This document shows positions 48,221 to 56,998 of a DNA stretch of 64,000 nucleotides, piece after piece. This stretch comes from Thermoplasmatota archaeon (GTDB taxonomy: Archaea > Thermoplasmatota > Thermoplasmata > Halarchaeoplasmatales > Halarchaeoplasmataceae). The notes below the pieces were generated by a model that ran no database searches, was not told where the DNA came from, and worked only from the letters and a program-made list of their open reading frames with translations. Location of the stretch: contig JBNJDY010000002.1 in the NCBI GenBank assembly GCA_051745305.1, forward strand, positions 2,822 through 66,821, written 5' to 3'. The first letter of the stretch is position 1. Each line of letters opens with the position of its first letter. Position numbers and translations under genes: made by a program.

Positions 48221-48558
48221 TCTTAAATTTATTATCGATTTTTTTAATGTCTCTTGGCTGTGTTATAATGTTCACAGCAGCCTTGGGTTTATTGAGGTTT
48301 TCGACAATCAATATGAGGCTACATGCTAGTGGAAAAGCAGGAACGGGAGGAACTTTAGCGCTTTTGATAGGAATTCTCATTTATACTGGATTTGATATTA
48401 TATCGGGTAAAATCATACTGATAATTGTTTTAGTTTTATTTACCGGGCCTATATTATCTCATGCTATTGCTAAAGCAGCTTTTATCGATCCTGAAGTAGG
48501 TACGGAAGTCCCAATAGAGGAATATTATAGTCAAGAAAATAGGGGGAGTGATAACTGA
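48217..48558 (+). CDS. mrpG: Mrp antiporter subunit G
   Basis: MnhG motif LGLLRFSTINMRLHASGKAGTGG. Confidence 0.75.
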   Translation: MILNLLSIFLMSLGCVIMFTAALGLLRFSTINMRLHASGKAGTGGTLALLIGILIYTGFDIISGKIILIIVLVLFTGPILSHAIAKAAFIDPEVGTEVPIEEYYSQENRGSDN

Positions 48559-48806
48559 TGGTAATCGAACTCTTTCTTATCTTATTATTAGGAGCTTGTA
48601 TTTTGGTAGTTCTGGAAAAAGATCTCATTAGATGTTTAATTTTTCTTAGTTTTGCGTCGATATTCGTGATTATACTAGTTTACCTATATAACGCTCCTGA
48701 TGTTGCTCTTACTTTGGCAGTAGTTAATGGTGCTGCTAGTACTATCCTTTTTTTAGCTGTAATAAAGAAAATAGAGGTGATTGGAGATCAAGAGTCTTAC
48801 ATTTAA
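48558..48806 (+). CDS. Mrp subunit B-related small membrane protein (MbhD-like)
   Basis: 82 aa, 2-3 TM helices. Its position corresponds to MbhD/MrpB-N in Mbh-type modules. Confidence 0.45.
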   Translation: MVIELFLILLLGACILVVLEKDLIRCLIFLSFASIFVIILVYLYNAPDVALTLAVVNGAASTILFLAVIKKIEVIGDQESYI

Positions 48807-49101
48807 GAAAATCTTGACTGTACTATTCCTTGTTTTTATACTGATCACTCTAGTGCGGGGTATGGGTCTTGAACATGAGGATAAAAAAGAAACCCCCTTA
48901 AAACAGTATTACATAGAGAATAGACAAACTACTGGTTCCGATAACATAGTTTCAGGCATATTACTAGATTACAGAGCCTATGATACCTTTGGTGAGGTCA
49001 TGGTTTTATACGTGGCAATTACCGGAGTGATCATATTAGGTATTAAATCTAAAGAAAATAATAAAGAAAAACAATCCAGTAAGGGCGGTGAAAATAGTTG
49101 A
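48781..49101 (+). CDS. Mrp subunit B-related protein (MnhB-domain, MbhE-like)
   Basis: MnhB-domain motif NIVSGILLDYRAYDTFGEVMVLYVAI. Confidence 0.6.
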   Translation: MEIKSLTFKKILTVLFLVFILITLVRGMGLEHEDKKETPLKQYYIENRQTTGSDNIVSGILLDYRAYDTFGEVMVLYVAITGVIILGIKSKENNKEKQSSKGGENS

Positions 49102-49496
49102 GATCTATAATTACTAGGGTATCAGGTAGAGCTCTAGCACCTTTTATACTTTTATTTGGAGTCTATGTGACCATTTTTGGTTATGCATCTCCTGGGGGTG
49201 GTTTTCAGGGAGGGGTATTACTTGCTTCAGGGATAATTTTGATTCTAATAACTCATAGTAGAAAAGAAGTGGAACGATTGGCCTCGAACATCAGTTGGTT
49301 AGAATCTTTTGGTGCTTTTGCTTTTTTGATAGTTGGATTAATTGGGATATTTATAGGAGGCGCTTTTTTGGCTAACGTTACTCCTTCTAGTAATATCATG
49401 AAGATAGTTCTAGATATAGTAGTATCTCTAAAAGTTTTTGCTGGGGTCGTAGCACTTTTTGTGTATTTGTTTAGTTTGGAGGTGGAACGATCTTAA
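49098..49496 (+). CDS. mrpB: Mrp subunit B (MnhB-family, MbhF-like)
   Basis: Motif GYASPGGGFQGGVLLASGIIL, 4 TM helices. Confidence 0.65.
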   Translation: MRSIITRVSGRALAPFILLFGVYVTIFGYASPGGGFQGGVLLASGIILILITHSRKEVERLASNISWLESFGAFAFLIVGLIGIFIGGAFLANVTPSSNIMKIVLDIVVSLKVFAGVVALFVYLFSLEVERS

Positions 49497-49513
49497 ACGG
49501 CATTAATATCGGA

Positions 49514-49849
49514 TTGATTATAGTTTTTGTTGGATTGTATGGTTTGACCAATACTCAGAATTCCATAAAGATAATGATAGCACTTTCAATCATGGGCTTA
49601 GGTTTGATATTGTTTTTTGTTTCTTTAGCGTATGTGCCTGGTGGTGCTCCTCCGATCGTACCTATTGGAACAGATATATCGAACCTTAATATTGTAGATC
49701 CAGTCCCACACTCTTTTATGATTACATTGATAGTTATCAACCTTGCAACCACTGCTTTAGGGTTGGCTCTTGTTATAAGATTGTACGATGAATATGAATC
49801 TTTGAACATAAAAAAAATGCTTAGAGGGGGCGATGAGGAAGTTGATTGA
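49514..49849 (+). CDS. mrpC: Mrp antiporter subunit C (NuoK-like)
   Basis: NuoK/MnhC-like 3-TM protein (GLYGLTNTQNSIKIMIALSIMGLG). Confidence 0.75.
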   Translation: MIIVFVGLYGLTNTQNSIKIMIALSIMGLGLILFFVSLAYVPGGAPPIVPIGTDISNLNIVDPVPHSFMITLIVINLATTALGLALVIRLYDEYESLNIKKMLRGGDEEVD

Positions 49850-51491
49850 ACATGCAGTGATTTTCATAATTATTGCTCCTTTAACAGGAGCTTTACTTTT
49901 AAGTGTGCTTTCCAAGTTGAACTTATCTCAACTTTGGAGAGATGTTATCGCATTTATCTCTTTATTGATACCAGGTATACTTTTGATTTATTTTACTACT
50001 TATCTTTTAGCATCTCCTTTGAGATATGAACTTAGCGGTTGGCCCTCTCCATATGGGATCACAATCGTTTTAGACAGTTTATCGATCACCATGGCTACTA
50101 TTACCGCTATAGTAACTATTATAACTTTTATCTACTCATTAGAGATCAGAGAGATACTTCCTAAAGGTGAAAAATATTACTTTCTTTTTTTGTTCATGAC
50201 CACCGGTTTATATGGAGTTTTTTTATCCGGTGACGTTATTAACAGATATGTTTTCTTTGAACTTACAGTCTTAACCACTTATGTACTGTTAACATACACT
50301 GATACAAAAGAGTCTTTGAGAGCTAGTTATATTTATCTCGTCATAGGCAGTGTTGCTTCATTTTTCTTTCTGATAGGTATAGGTCTGATATATTTCAATA
50401 CGGGATACTTGGATTTTTATGTTCTATCTAAGATGCTTCCAAAATTGAGTGTATATAAAAGAAACCTCATTTTTATCTTTATAATGGTAGCAGTCTGTAT
50501 AAAATCTGGGTTAATCCCCTTCCATACATGGCTTCCTGACGCACACGTTTCTGCCCCATCACCAATGACAGCGGTTTTAGCAGGGGTGACAGTAAAAACG
50601 GGCATATACATACTTGTAAAATTTATGGGCATGGGATTCATTACAGAACATATCAGATTAGTTCTGGTATCACTCGGCTTTTTAACAGCTATAATCGCAG
50701 TATTCGTCTCTCATAGCTACTGGGACCTAAAAAGGATATTAGCTTGGCATACTATAGCACAAATGGGTTTGATAGTAGCAGTTTTATCTTTATGGACCAT
50801 TTCTTCTGTTGCAGCTAGTATATTTCATCTTGTTTCACACGCGATCTTTATGATTTTATTATTTCTAGTAAGTGGAGCAATATTTTATCAATTGGGTACA
50901 CGGGATATCCGTAAAATTTCTTTATATAATAACAGCCCTATTCTTATCGGCACCTTGTTTATTGGAATTTTATCTATAATAGGTGTTCCTCCTCTGAATG
51001 GATTCTATAGTAAAACAATGATGCTTGGTTCTCTCGAAGGCAATCCGGTTTTATATGTTTTATTTATGGTTGTACAAATATTAACTGTTTCTTCTTTTTT
51101 CCGAGTTTTATATCATTCTTCTAAAATTGAACTTTATAAACAAGATTTCCCGGTCAGCATACTTCTTCCTACAACTATCCTCGCGGGGCTGTCAATATTT
51201 ATAGGGTGTACTACAACAATATGGATGAATAATGTTATTATGCCTTCAGCCAGAGTGCTGATTGGAGTAACTAAAATAATCCCCTATTCCTCTTTGGAAA
51301 TCAATCTTATAACATCAATCCATGGAGTTTTCATCCTTTTAACCGTACCAGTCGGTATTGGAATTGGGTTAGTATTAAACAAATTAAAGAAACTGAATTT
51401 AAGTGGATGGTTAACAGAAGTCGATATAGCGGACTCTGTAAGATATATCATTATCGTTTTGGCTATTTATCTATTGTTTTTAATTCTGTAA
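49833..51491 (+). CDS. mrpD: Mrp antiporter subunit D (NuoN/NuoM-like proton-translocating subunit)
   Basis: 552 aa, about 14 TM helices, complex-I antiporter-like motifs (FHTWLPDAHVSAPSPMTA). Confidence 0.8.
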   Translation: MRKLIEHAVIFIIIAPLTGALLLSVLSKLNLSQLWRDVIAFISLLIPGILLIYFTTYLLASPLRYELSGWPSPYGITIVLDSLSITMATITAIVTIITFIYSLEIREILPKGEKYYFLFLFMTTGLYGVFLSGDVINRYVFFELTVLTTYVLLTYTDTKESLRASYIYLVIGSVASFFFLIGIGLIYFNTGYLDFYVLSKMLPKLSVYKRNLIFIFIMVAVCIKSGLIPFHTWLPDAHVSAPSPMTAVLAGVTVKTGIYILVKFMGMGFITEHIRLVLVSLGFLTAIIAVFVSHSYWDLKRILAWHTIAQMGLIVAVLSLWTISSVAASIFHLVSHAIFMILLFLVSGAIFYQLGTRDIRKISLYNNSPILIGTLFIGILSIIGVPPLNGFYSKTMMLGSLEGNPVLYVLFMVVQILTVSSFFRVLYHSSKIELYKQDFPVSILLPTTILAGLSIFIGCTTTIWMNNVIMPSARVLIGVTKIIPYSSLEINLITSIHGVFILLTVPVGIGIGLVLNKLKKLNLSGWLTEVDIADSVRYIIIVLAIYLLFLIL

Positions 51492-51524
51492 ACCTATATT
51501 AATTAAAGAGTCGATCTCTAAAAA

Positions 51525-52322
51525 TCATTCTATCGATAAATCCCTTGTATCGTTCAACACTGGTCTTCCCTTTCTTGCTCTATCAAGGTCTTCTAGATCA
51601 ATTTCCACAGTCAACACATCCTCTTTATATATCGGCCCCTTTGCAACTTCCATCCCTGTCGGTGAAATCACCCTATCTCCGCCCCAGAATGTGATATTTT
51701 CCTCTCTACCTAGTAGATTTGCGTAGAATGTGAAAGCCGTAGTTTCGATAGCTCTAGCTGGTAAAACAGTTTCGAAGAACTTTTTACTTATAGATGGAGA
51801 TGCTGAGATACAAACTATAAAATCAGCACCTTTCATGGCCATCGCTTTAGTCAGTTCGGGGAAGAAAATATCGTAGCATATCACCATACCTAACTTACCG
51901 AACTGAGTATCGAAGACAGGGATATTATCATCTGGTCCAAAATATCTCATCTCTTCGAAAGGCCCGAAGTTAGGGAGGTAGGTTTTTCTATATACATCTA
52001 TATCTCCTTTTGAATTTACTAAAACAGCGGAGTTTTTCAATCTTCCACTCCTACCTGTTTTTTCCGGCATACCAAATATTATAGATGTTTGTTCTTCTTC
52101 CGCCAATTCAGCAATTTTGTCAGTTGAAGGACCCGGTATATGTTCAGCTTCATCCCATAATCTATCCATGAGCCTGTAACCAGTTAGAAACAGTTCCGGG
52201 AAGATGTATAGGTCACTATCATTTTGTTTCACCGTATCTTTTATAATACCTAAGTTTGCTTCTTTATCTCCTAAAACATGTTTTTTTTGTACTAAGGAAA
52301 CTTTCATTGCTTCCACATCCAA
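51525..52322 (-). CDS. Carbon-nitrogen hydrolase (nitrilase-superfamily amidase)
   Basis: Glu (YIFPELFLTGY), Lys (YRKTYLP) and Cys (VICYDIFFPE) triad. 265 aa. Confidence 0.8.
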   Translation of the reverse strand: MDVEAMKVSLVQKKHVLGDKEANLGIIKDTVKQNDSDLYIFPELFLTGYRLMDRLWDEAEHIPGPSTDKIAELAEEEQTSIIFGMPEKTGRSGRLKNSAVLVNSKGDIDVYRKTYLPNFGPFEEMRYFGPDDNIPVFDTQFGKLGMVICYDIFFPELTKAMAMKGADFIVCISASPSISKKFFETVLPARAIETTAFTFYANLLGREENITFWGGDRVISPTGMEVAKGPIYKEDVLTVEIDLEDLDRARKGRPVLNDTRDLSIE

Positions 52323-52964
52323 TTAGTTCTCAGTGAACTTTATTTTGATTTCATCGATATCCCAGAGATGTTCCAACTTTTCCATGATATCTTCCTTGAT
52401 GGCATTAGCGAATTGATGATCCTTTGCAAGATCAACTTTCAGGGAGATGATTCCCTCTTCAACTTCTATATCACCGATCAGGTCGGTTTTGACCACATCT
52501 AGTCCCGTCATGGGGTTCATCACGTGCCTCAATCTTTTCTCAACGATCTTCTCTGTTGTTGGTTCCTCTTCTTTTACCAGACCATGCCTTTCTTCATAAT
52601 CCGCGATAGCTGCCTGTAGTCCTTCTACGGCTAAAACGGAACAATGAGTTTTCATATCTGGTAAACCACCTAATTCATCTGCTGCATCGTTCCAGGTGAT
52701 ATTTTTTGCCTCCTCTATAGGCTTTCCCTTAGCCATCTCTGTGATTATAGAGCCAGTTGCGATGTTCGATGCGCAACCATAGGACTCGAATTTTATATCC
52801 GTGATCTCCTTAGTTTCATCATCTACTTTTATGTATACTGAAACCATATCCCCACAAGCTGGACTACCCTCTTTTGCTTTACCGTCTGCATCTTCGATCT
52901 TTCCAACGTTTTTTGGATTTTTGAAATATTCTATTACTTTTTCCGTGTATGGTAAATCTGCCAT
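52323..52964 (-). CDS. iscU: IscU/NifU-type Fe-S scaffold fused to a C-terminal DUF59/MIP18-like domain
   Basis: Three conserved Cys (GSPACGD, SYGCASNIATGS, THCSVLAVEG). The roughly 80-aa C-terminal extension is DUF59-like. Confidence 0.75.
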   Translation of the reverse strand: MADLPYTEKVIEYFKNPKNVGKIEDADGKAKEGSPACGDMVSVYIKVDDETKEITDIKFESYGCASNIATGSIITEMAKGKPIEEAKNITWNDAADELGGLPDMKTHCSVLAVEGLQAAIADYEERHGLVKEEEPTTEKIVEKRLRHVMNPMTGLDVVKTDLIGDIEVEEGIISLKVDLAKDHQFANAIKEDIMEKLEHLWDIDEIKIKFTEN

Positions 52965-52995
52965 ATTTTTTACCTCCTTTTTATCTTTTTAATAT

Positions 52996-54162
52996 CTATT
53001 TATCTTTTCCTAAAGGACTTATCTCTCTTAATCTTTCTACAACTTCACTTATAGCTTCTACGGTCCTATCAACATCTTCCATCGTATTATATCTTCCAAA
53101 GCTAAATCTGACTGAACCGTGAGCCCTTTCATGATCCCCGCCGATACCCAATATGACGTGGCTCGCTTCTAAAGACTTGCTGAAACATGCTGAACCGGTG
53201 CTCACGGAAAATCCTCTCATATCCATGTGGAGTGTTATCGATTCACCTTCTACGTAATGAAATGTGATATTTGCATTCTGTGGTGTTCTATCCTTTAGAG
53301 GTCCGTTTAGAGTTGTATCTGGAATTTTGTCCTGTATTTTTTTTATAAGAGCATCTCTCATCTCTTTGAGCCTTTGATTCTCTTCTTCATTTACGAGTTC
53401 GACCGCTTTTGCGAACCCAACGGCACCGGGGATATTTTCGACACCTGCTCTTCGATTGTTCTCCTGAAAACCACCATCCATCAATTTTTCTAGATCTGTT
53501 CCATCTTTGACATAAAGTGCTCCAATCCCTTTTGGACCGTGTATTGTATGTCCAGACAAAGTCATCAAGTCTATACGAGTTTTACTGATATCGATGGGTA
53601 GTTTCGTGAAAGTATGAGTAGCATCGGTGTGAAATAGAACATCTTTTTGGTCACATATTTTACTAATTTTCTCGATATCTTGAACTGTTCCGATCTCTTG
53701 GTTTCCATGCTGTATCGATACTAGTCCAGTGCTCTCTTTAATTGCATCCTCCAATTCAGTAACATCCACAAAACCTTCATCATCTACTTCGAGAAACGTA
53801 ACTTCGTACCCCTCTTTTTCTAATCTTTGTGCACTTTTAAGAACGGGAAAATCTTCTATTTTACTAGTTATTATATGATCTTTCTTTTCAGGTAGTTTCT
53901 CAGCCACACCTTTCAAAGCTAGATTGCTTGCTTCTGTCCCACATGACGTAAATATTATCTCTTCAGAGTTGGCTCCTATATTATCTGCTATAGTGCTCCT
54001 AGCATCTTCCAAACCCTCTTTTGCTTTTATCCCAAGAGAATATCCAAATTCAGAACTTGCTACTGCATATTTCTCGAACAAGTAAGGTTTCATGGCTTCT
54101 AAAATCTCTTCATCCATCTTCGTGCTTGAACTGTTATCTAGATAGACTGTTTCTTCCTTCAT
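52996..54162 (-). CDS. iscS: Cysteine desulfurase-like class-V aminotransferase (IscS/NifS family). The PLP-lysine position reads Thr (GHT instead of GHK).
   Basis: NifS-like fold with the catalytic-Cys loop STGSAC. Residue 206 (codon at 53545-53547, ACA) is Thr where the Schiff-base Lys is expected. Confidence 0.75.
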   Translation of the reverse strand: MKEETVYLDNSSSTKMDEEILEAMKPYLFEKYAVASSEFGYSLGIKAKEGLEDARSTIADNIGANSEEIIFTSCGTEASNLALKGVAEKLPEKKDHIITSKIEDFPVLKSAQRLEKEGYEVTFLEVDDEGFVDVTELEDAIKESTGLVSIQHGNQEIGTVQDIEKISKICDQKDVLFHTDATHTFTKLPIDISKTRIDLMTLSGHTIHGPKGIGALYVKDGTDLEKLMDGGFQENNRRAGVENIPGAVGFAKAVELVNEEENQRLKEMRDALIKKIQDKIPDTTLNGPLKDRTPQNANITFHYVEGESITLHMDMRGFSVSTGSACFSKSLEASHVILGIGGDHERAHGSVRFSFGRYNTMEDVDRTVEAISEVVERLREISPLGKDK

Positions 54163-54171
54163 CTTTTCACC

Positions 54172-54597
54172 TCATATAAACAGTGTTATATCAGATTCTT
54201 TCGCCTCTTTAATATATGTACCGACTGCGCAGTAATCTGAAATAACTTCATCTCTTAAATCTTTCTTTTCTACACCCATTATTTCCATAGTCATATCACA
54301 AGCTAATATCTTTCCACCCAATTCCACAAAGTCATTCATCATGTCTTCTAATTCTCTTACATTGGATTTCTTCATCTTTCTCTTCATTATCCATTTACCC
54401 AATCCAAGAAAATTCATTTTAGAAAGAGGACCCTTGTCTAGTTTTCCTTTCTTCAACCTTTCAAGCCCCCAGAATGTAAAATACATCGAAACCTCCATCC
54501 CCATGGAAAGCGCACCGTTTCCTACAATAAATGCACTGAAAACTTTATCGTGGTCACCACTTTGAACTATAAGCGTGGCTTTTCCTGTCAATATCAT
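54172..54597 (-). CDS. DsrE/DsrF/TusD-like sulfur relay family protein
   Basis: About 141 aa, DsrE-like fold motifs (GKILACDMTME). Confidence 0.55.
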   Translation of the reverse strand: MILTGKATLIVQSGDHDKVFSAFIVGNGALSMGMEVSMYFTFWGLERLKKGKLDKGPLSKMNFLGLGKWIMKRKMKKSNVRELEDMMNDFVELGGKILACDMTMEIMGVEKKDLRDEVISDYCAVGTYIKEAKESDITLFI

Positions 54598-54827
54598 ACC
54601 TCCGTTGTAATTTTGATCTTTATTGTCCAGTTTTTACCGTCTTCCTCGATACCTAATAGTTCTAAACCTAAAGCATCAACTGCCATGGGTATTTCTTTCT
54701 TTGATGGAGGATGATCACCTTGAATTATGAGAACATCTCCCTGTTCAGCTGTTCTAACTGCTTTTCTTGTTTCGACTAATGGTACCGGACAAGTTTCACC
54801 CTTCACGTTTATTTTTCTTTCTGCCAT
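54594..54827 (-). CDS. tusA: TusA-like sulfurtransferase
   Basis: CPxP motif (GETCPVPLVETRKA). 77 aa. It overlaps the DsrE-like gene by 4 nt. Confidence 0.75.
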   Translation of the reverse strand: MAERKINVKGETCPVPLVETRKAVRTAEQGDVLIIQGDHPPSKKEIPMAVDALGLELLGIEEDGKNWTIKIKITTEV

Positions 54828-54992
54828 ATTGAGCCACTCCAGATATTTTAATTCCGATATACAGTTAAATTTGGTTAATATAATATACTTGATTTGTTAT
54901 TACATTAATGTTTTGGTGTGTTTAACCATATCTTTTTAAGCCTTTGAATCCATTGTATAGCTTTCAAAACATATATTTATACCTTCCACACT

Positions 54993-55292
54993 TTGTTATT
55001 TAATATGGTAGAAAAAGAGCATAAAGGATTGGTTGAACTTAGTGATTATTTTGAAACAAATGACATGATGAAGGAATATATATTCGAGATAATCAAAGAA
55101 GAATTAGGAAGTAAAACCTTTAAGAAATTTGATCTGGGGGATAAAAGCAGTTTGGAAGATATTAGAAAGGCCATTTCTCTATACCTCGAAGCAAAAATAA
55201 AAGAATATTCAGCCTATTCTCTACTCCTAAAATCTGGTAGTTCAGTTGCATTAAAATTTTTACTTTATAGACTTCAATCTAAAAGGGACTAA
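54993..55292 (+). CDS. Hypothetical small soluble protein (99 aa)
   Basis: ORF only; no motifs recognised. Confidence 0.3.
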   Translation: MLFNMVEKEHKGLVELSDYFETNDMMKEYIFEIIKEELGSKTFKKFDLGDKSSLEDIRKAISLYLEAKIKEYSAYSLLLKSGSSVALKFLLYRLQSKRD

Positions 55293-55363
55293 ACATCGAA
55301 ATCACAACACTTGTATCATGATGCAAAAGTTTTAATACTTAATGCTAAATGCGAATTTGAAAA

Positions 55364-56998
55364 GTGATGGATAAAGATAAGTTTGAGTCACTCACGTGGT
55401 TATTAGGACTTTTGAAGGCTCTTATCAAAAAGCCCGGTGAGATATTTCGGGGTATGCGTCGCGAAGGGATCTATGCTTTTTTAAAAGAAAGGATGAAGAA
55501 ACCGAGCAAGGATGAGATACTTGAAGGTAATGTTATCGGGGTCATGTTCAAGTTAGGATGGCCTATGATGGTAGCCACTTTTTTGAGAACACTTTACAAT
55601 CTTATTGACACTTTTTGGCTCGGCAGGATTGCTGATCCTCAGATAGCAGAATATTCTGTAACCGCAGTAGGTCAGGGATGGACTGTTGTTTTTATGATGA
55701 TGTCCATCGAGATGGGATTTGGGATCGCCGCATTAGCATTAATTTCTCAGTACACTGGGCAGAGAAATTACGAAGAAGCTGATAGAACTGCTGGACAGTT
55801 ATACTTTATAGCTATCACGGCTTCAATCCTGATCGGTGTATTTGGTTATTTTATGACCCCTACGTTTATGGACATTCTTGTAGGTGCTGGAGAGGATTCC
55901 GCAGCATTAGCTCACTACGGCACAATGTACATCCAGATAATATTTCTAGGGCTGCCGTTTATGTTCCTCTTTTTTGCATTCATGTATACACTTCGGGGTT
56001 GGGGTGATACGATCACACCGATGAAGATCACTGCCATCTCTGTTTCACTCAATATGATCATCAATCCTATACTCATCTTTGGATCTGGAACTATGCCTTT
56101 TCTTGGCATAACAATTCCAGAGCTACCATTATTTGGGCCAGTACCTGCCCTTGGAGTAAGAGGGGCGGCTATTGGAACAATTATGAGTCGAGGGATCGGT
56201 TCAATATATGCGACCTACATGCTTTTCAAAGGAAAATTAGGGTTGAAACTAAAACTTTCTTATTTGAAACCGGACCTATCTAGATTGAAAGAGTTTCTAA
56301 AAATTGGTGTACCAGCTGGCGTTGGTAGGTTTGGAACTTCTATAGGTTTCATTATTTTGTGGGCTGTGATATACAGGCTTCCGAATCCTGAGATTGCTGG
56401 GGCCGCTTATAGTGTTGGCAACAGGATATTGAACATAACCTTTCTTATTATGGGCGGTTTCGCCATGGCTATAAGCACCATGGTGGGACAGAGCTTGGGG
56501 GCTGATGACAAAAAACGATCGGAAGAAGTGGCCAAAAAAGGTTTTTTAGCTGTAGCTGGATTGATGTTGTTCTTTACAGCAATTTTATTCCTTTTGAGAA
56601 ACAATTTAATAATGATATTCATTCCTGATTCTCCAGAAGTCATCGCAGAAGGGGCTAAGTTTTTAGGTATCTTCGCCCTTGCCATGCCATTCTTTGGGGT
56701 ATTTAGAGGCGTGACTTCTCTTCTAGGAGGGTCCGGCCATACGAAACTACAGATGGGTCTGAACCTTACTAGACTGTGGGGGTTGAGACTACCGTTCGTC
56801 TTTCTATTCGCTATCTTTTTATCCATGAATTCCACCGGTGTTTGGACAGGGATGGCGTTGAGTAATGTGGTAGCATTTGTCATTGCTTTAGGTGTTTATA
56901 AAACGGGATGGTGGAAAGAAAAAGTGATCAAAGATAAACCCACTCCTGGTTCTAAAACTAGATTAGACCGAGATAAACCTGATAGAAGAAGGGATTGA
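55364..56998 (+). CDS. MATE-family efflux transporter
   Basis: 12-TM MATE layout with duplicated halves and a charged C-terminal tail. Confidence 0.8.
   Translation: MMDKDKFESLTWLLGLLKALIKKPGEIFRGMRREGIYAFLKERMKKPSKDEILEGNVIGVMFKLGWPMMVATFLRTLYNLIDTFWLGRIADPQIAEYSVTAVGQGWTVVFMMMSIEMGFGIAALALISQYTGQRNYEEADRTAGQLYFIAITASILIGVFGYFMTPTFMDILVGAGEDSAALAHYGTMYIQIIFLGLPFMFLFFAFMYTLRGWGDTITPMKITAISVSLNMIINPILIFGSGTMPFLGITIPELPLFGPVPALGVRGAAIGTIMSRGIGSIYATYMLFKGKLGLKLKLSYLKPDLSRLKEFLKIGVPAGVGRFGTSIGFIILWAVIYRLPNPEIAGAAYSVGNRILNITFLIMGGFAMAISTMVGQSLGADDKKRSEEVAKKGFLAVAGLMLFFTAILFLLRNNLIMIFIPDSPEVIAEGAKFLGIFALAMPFFGVFRGVTSLLGGSGHTKLQMGLNLTRLWGLRLPFVFLFAIFLSMNSTGVWTGMALSNVVAFVIALGVYKTGWWKEKVIKDKPTPGSKTRLDRDKPDRRRD

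Noticed and set aside
52996-54162. Calling the IscS-like gene a pseudogene because of the missing PLP lysine
   Set aside because: The frame is intact over 388 codons with all other motifs conserved. A single-base error or a genuine variant is more likely than pseudogenisation, so it is kept as a CDS and flagged.
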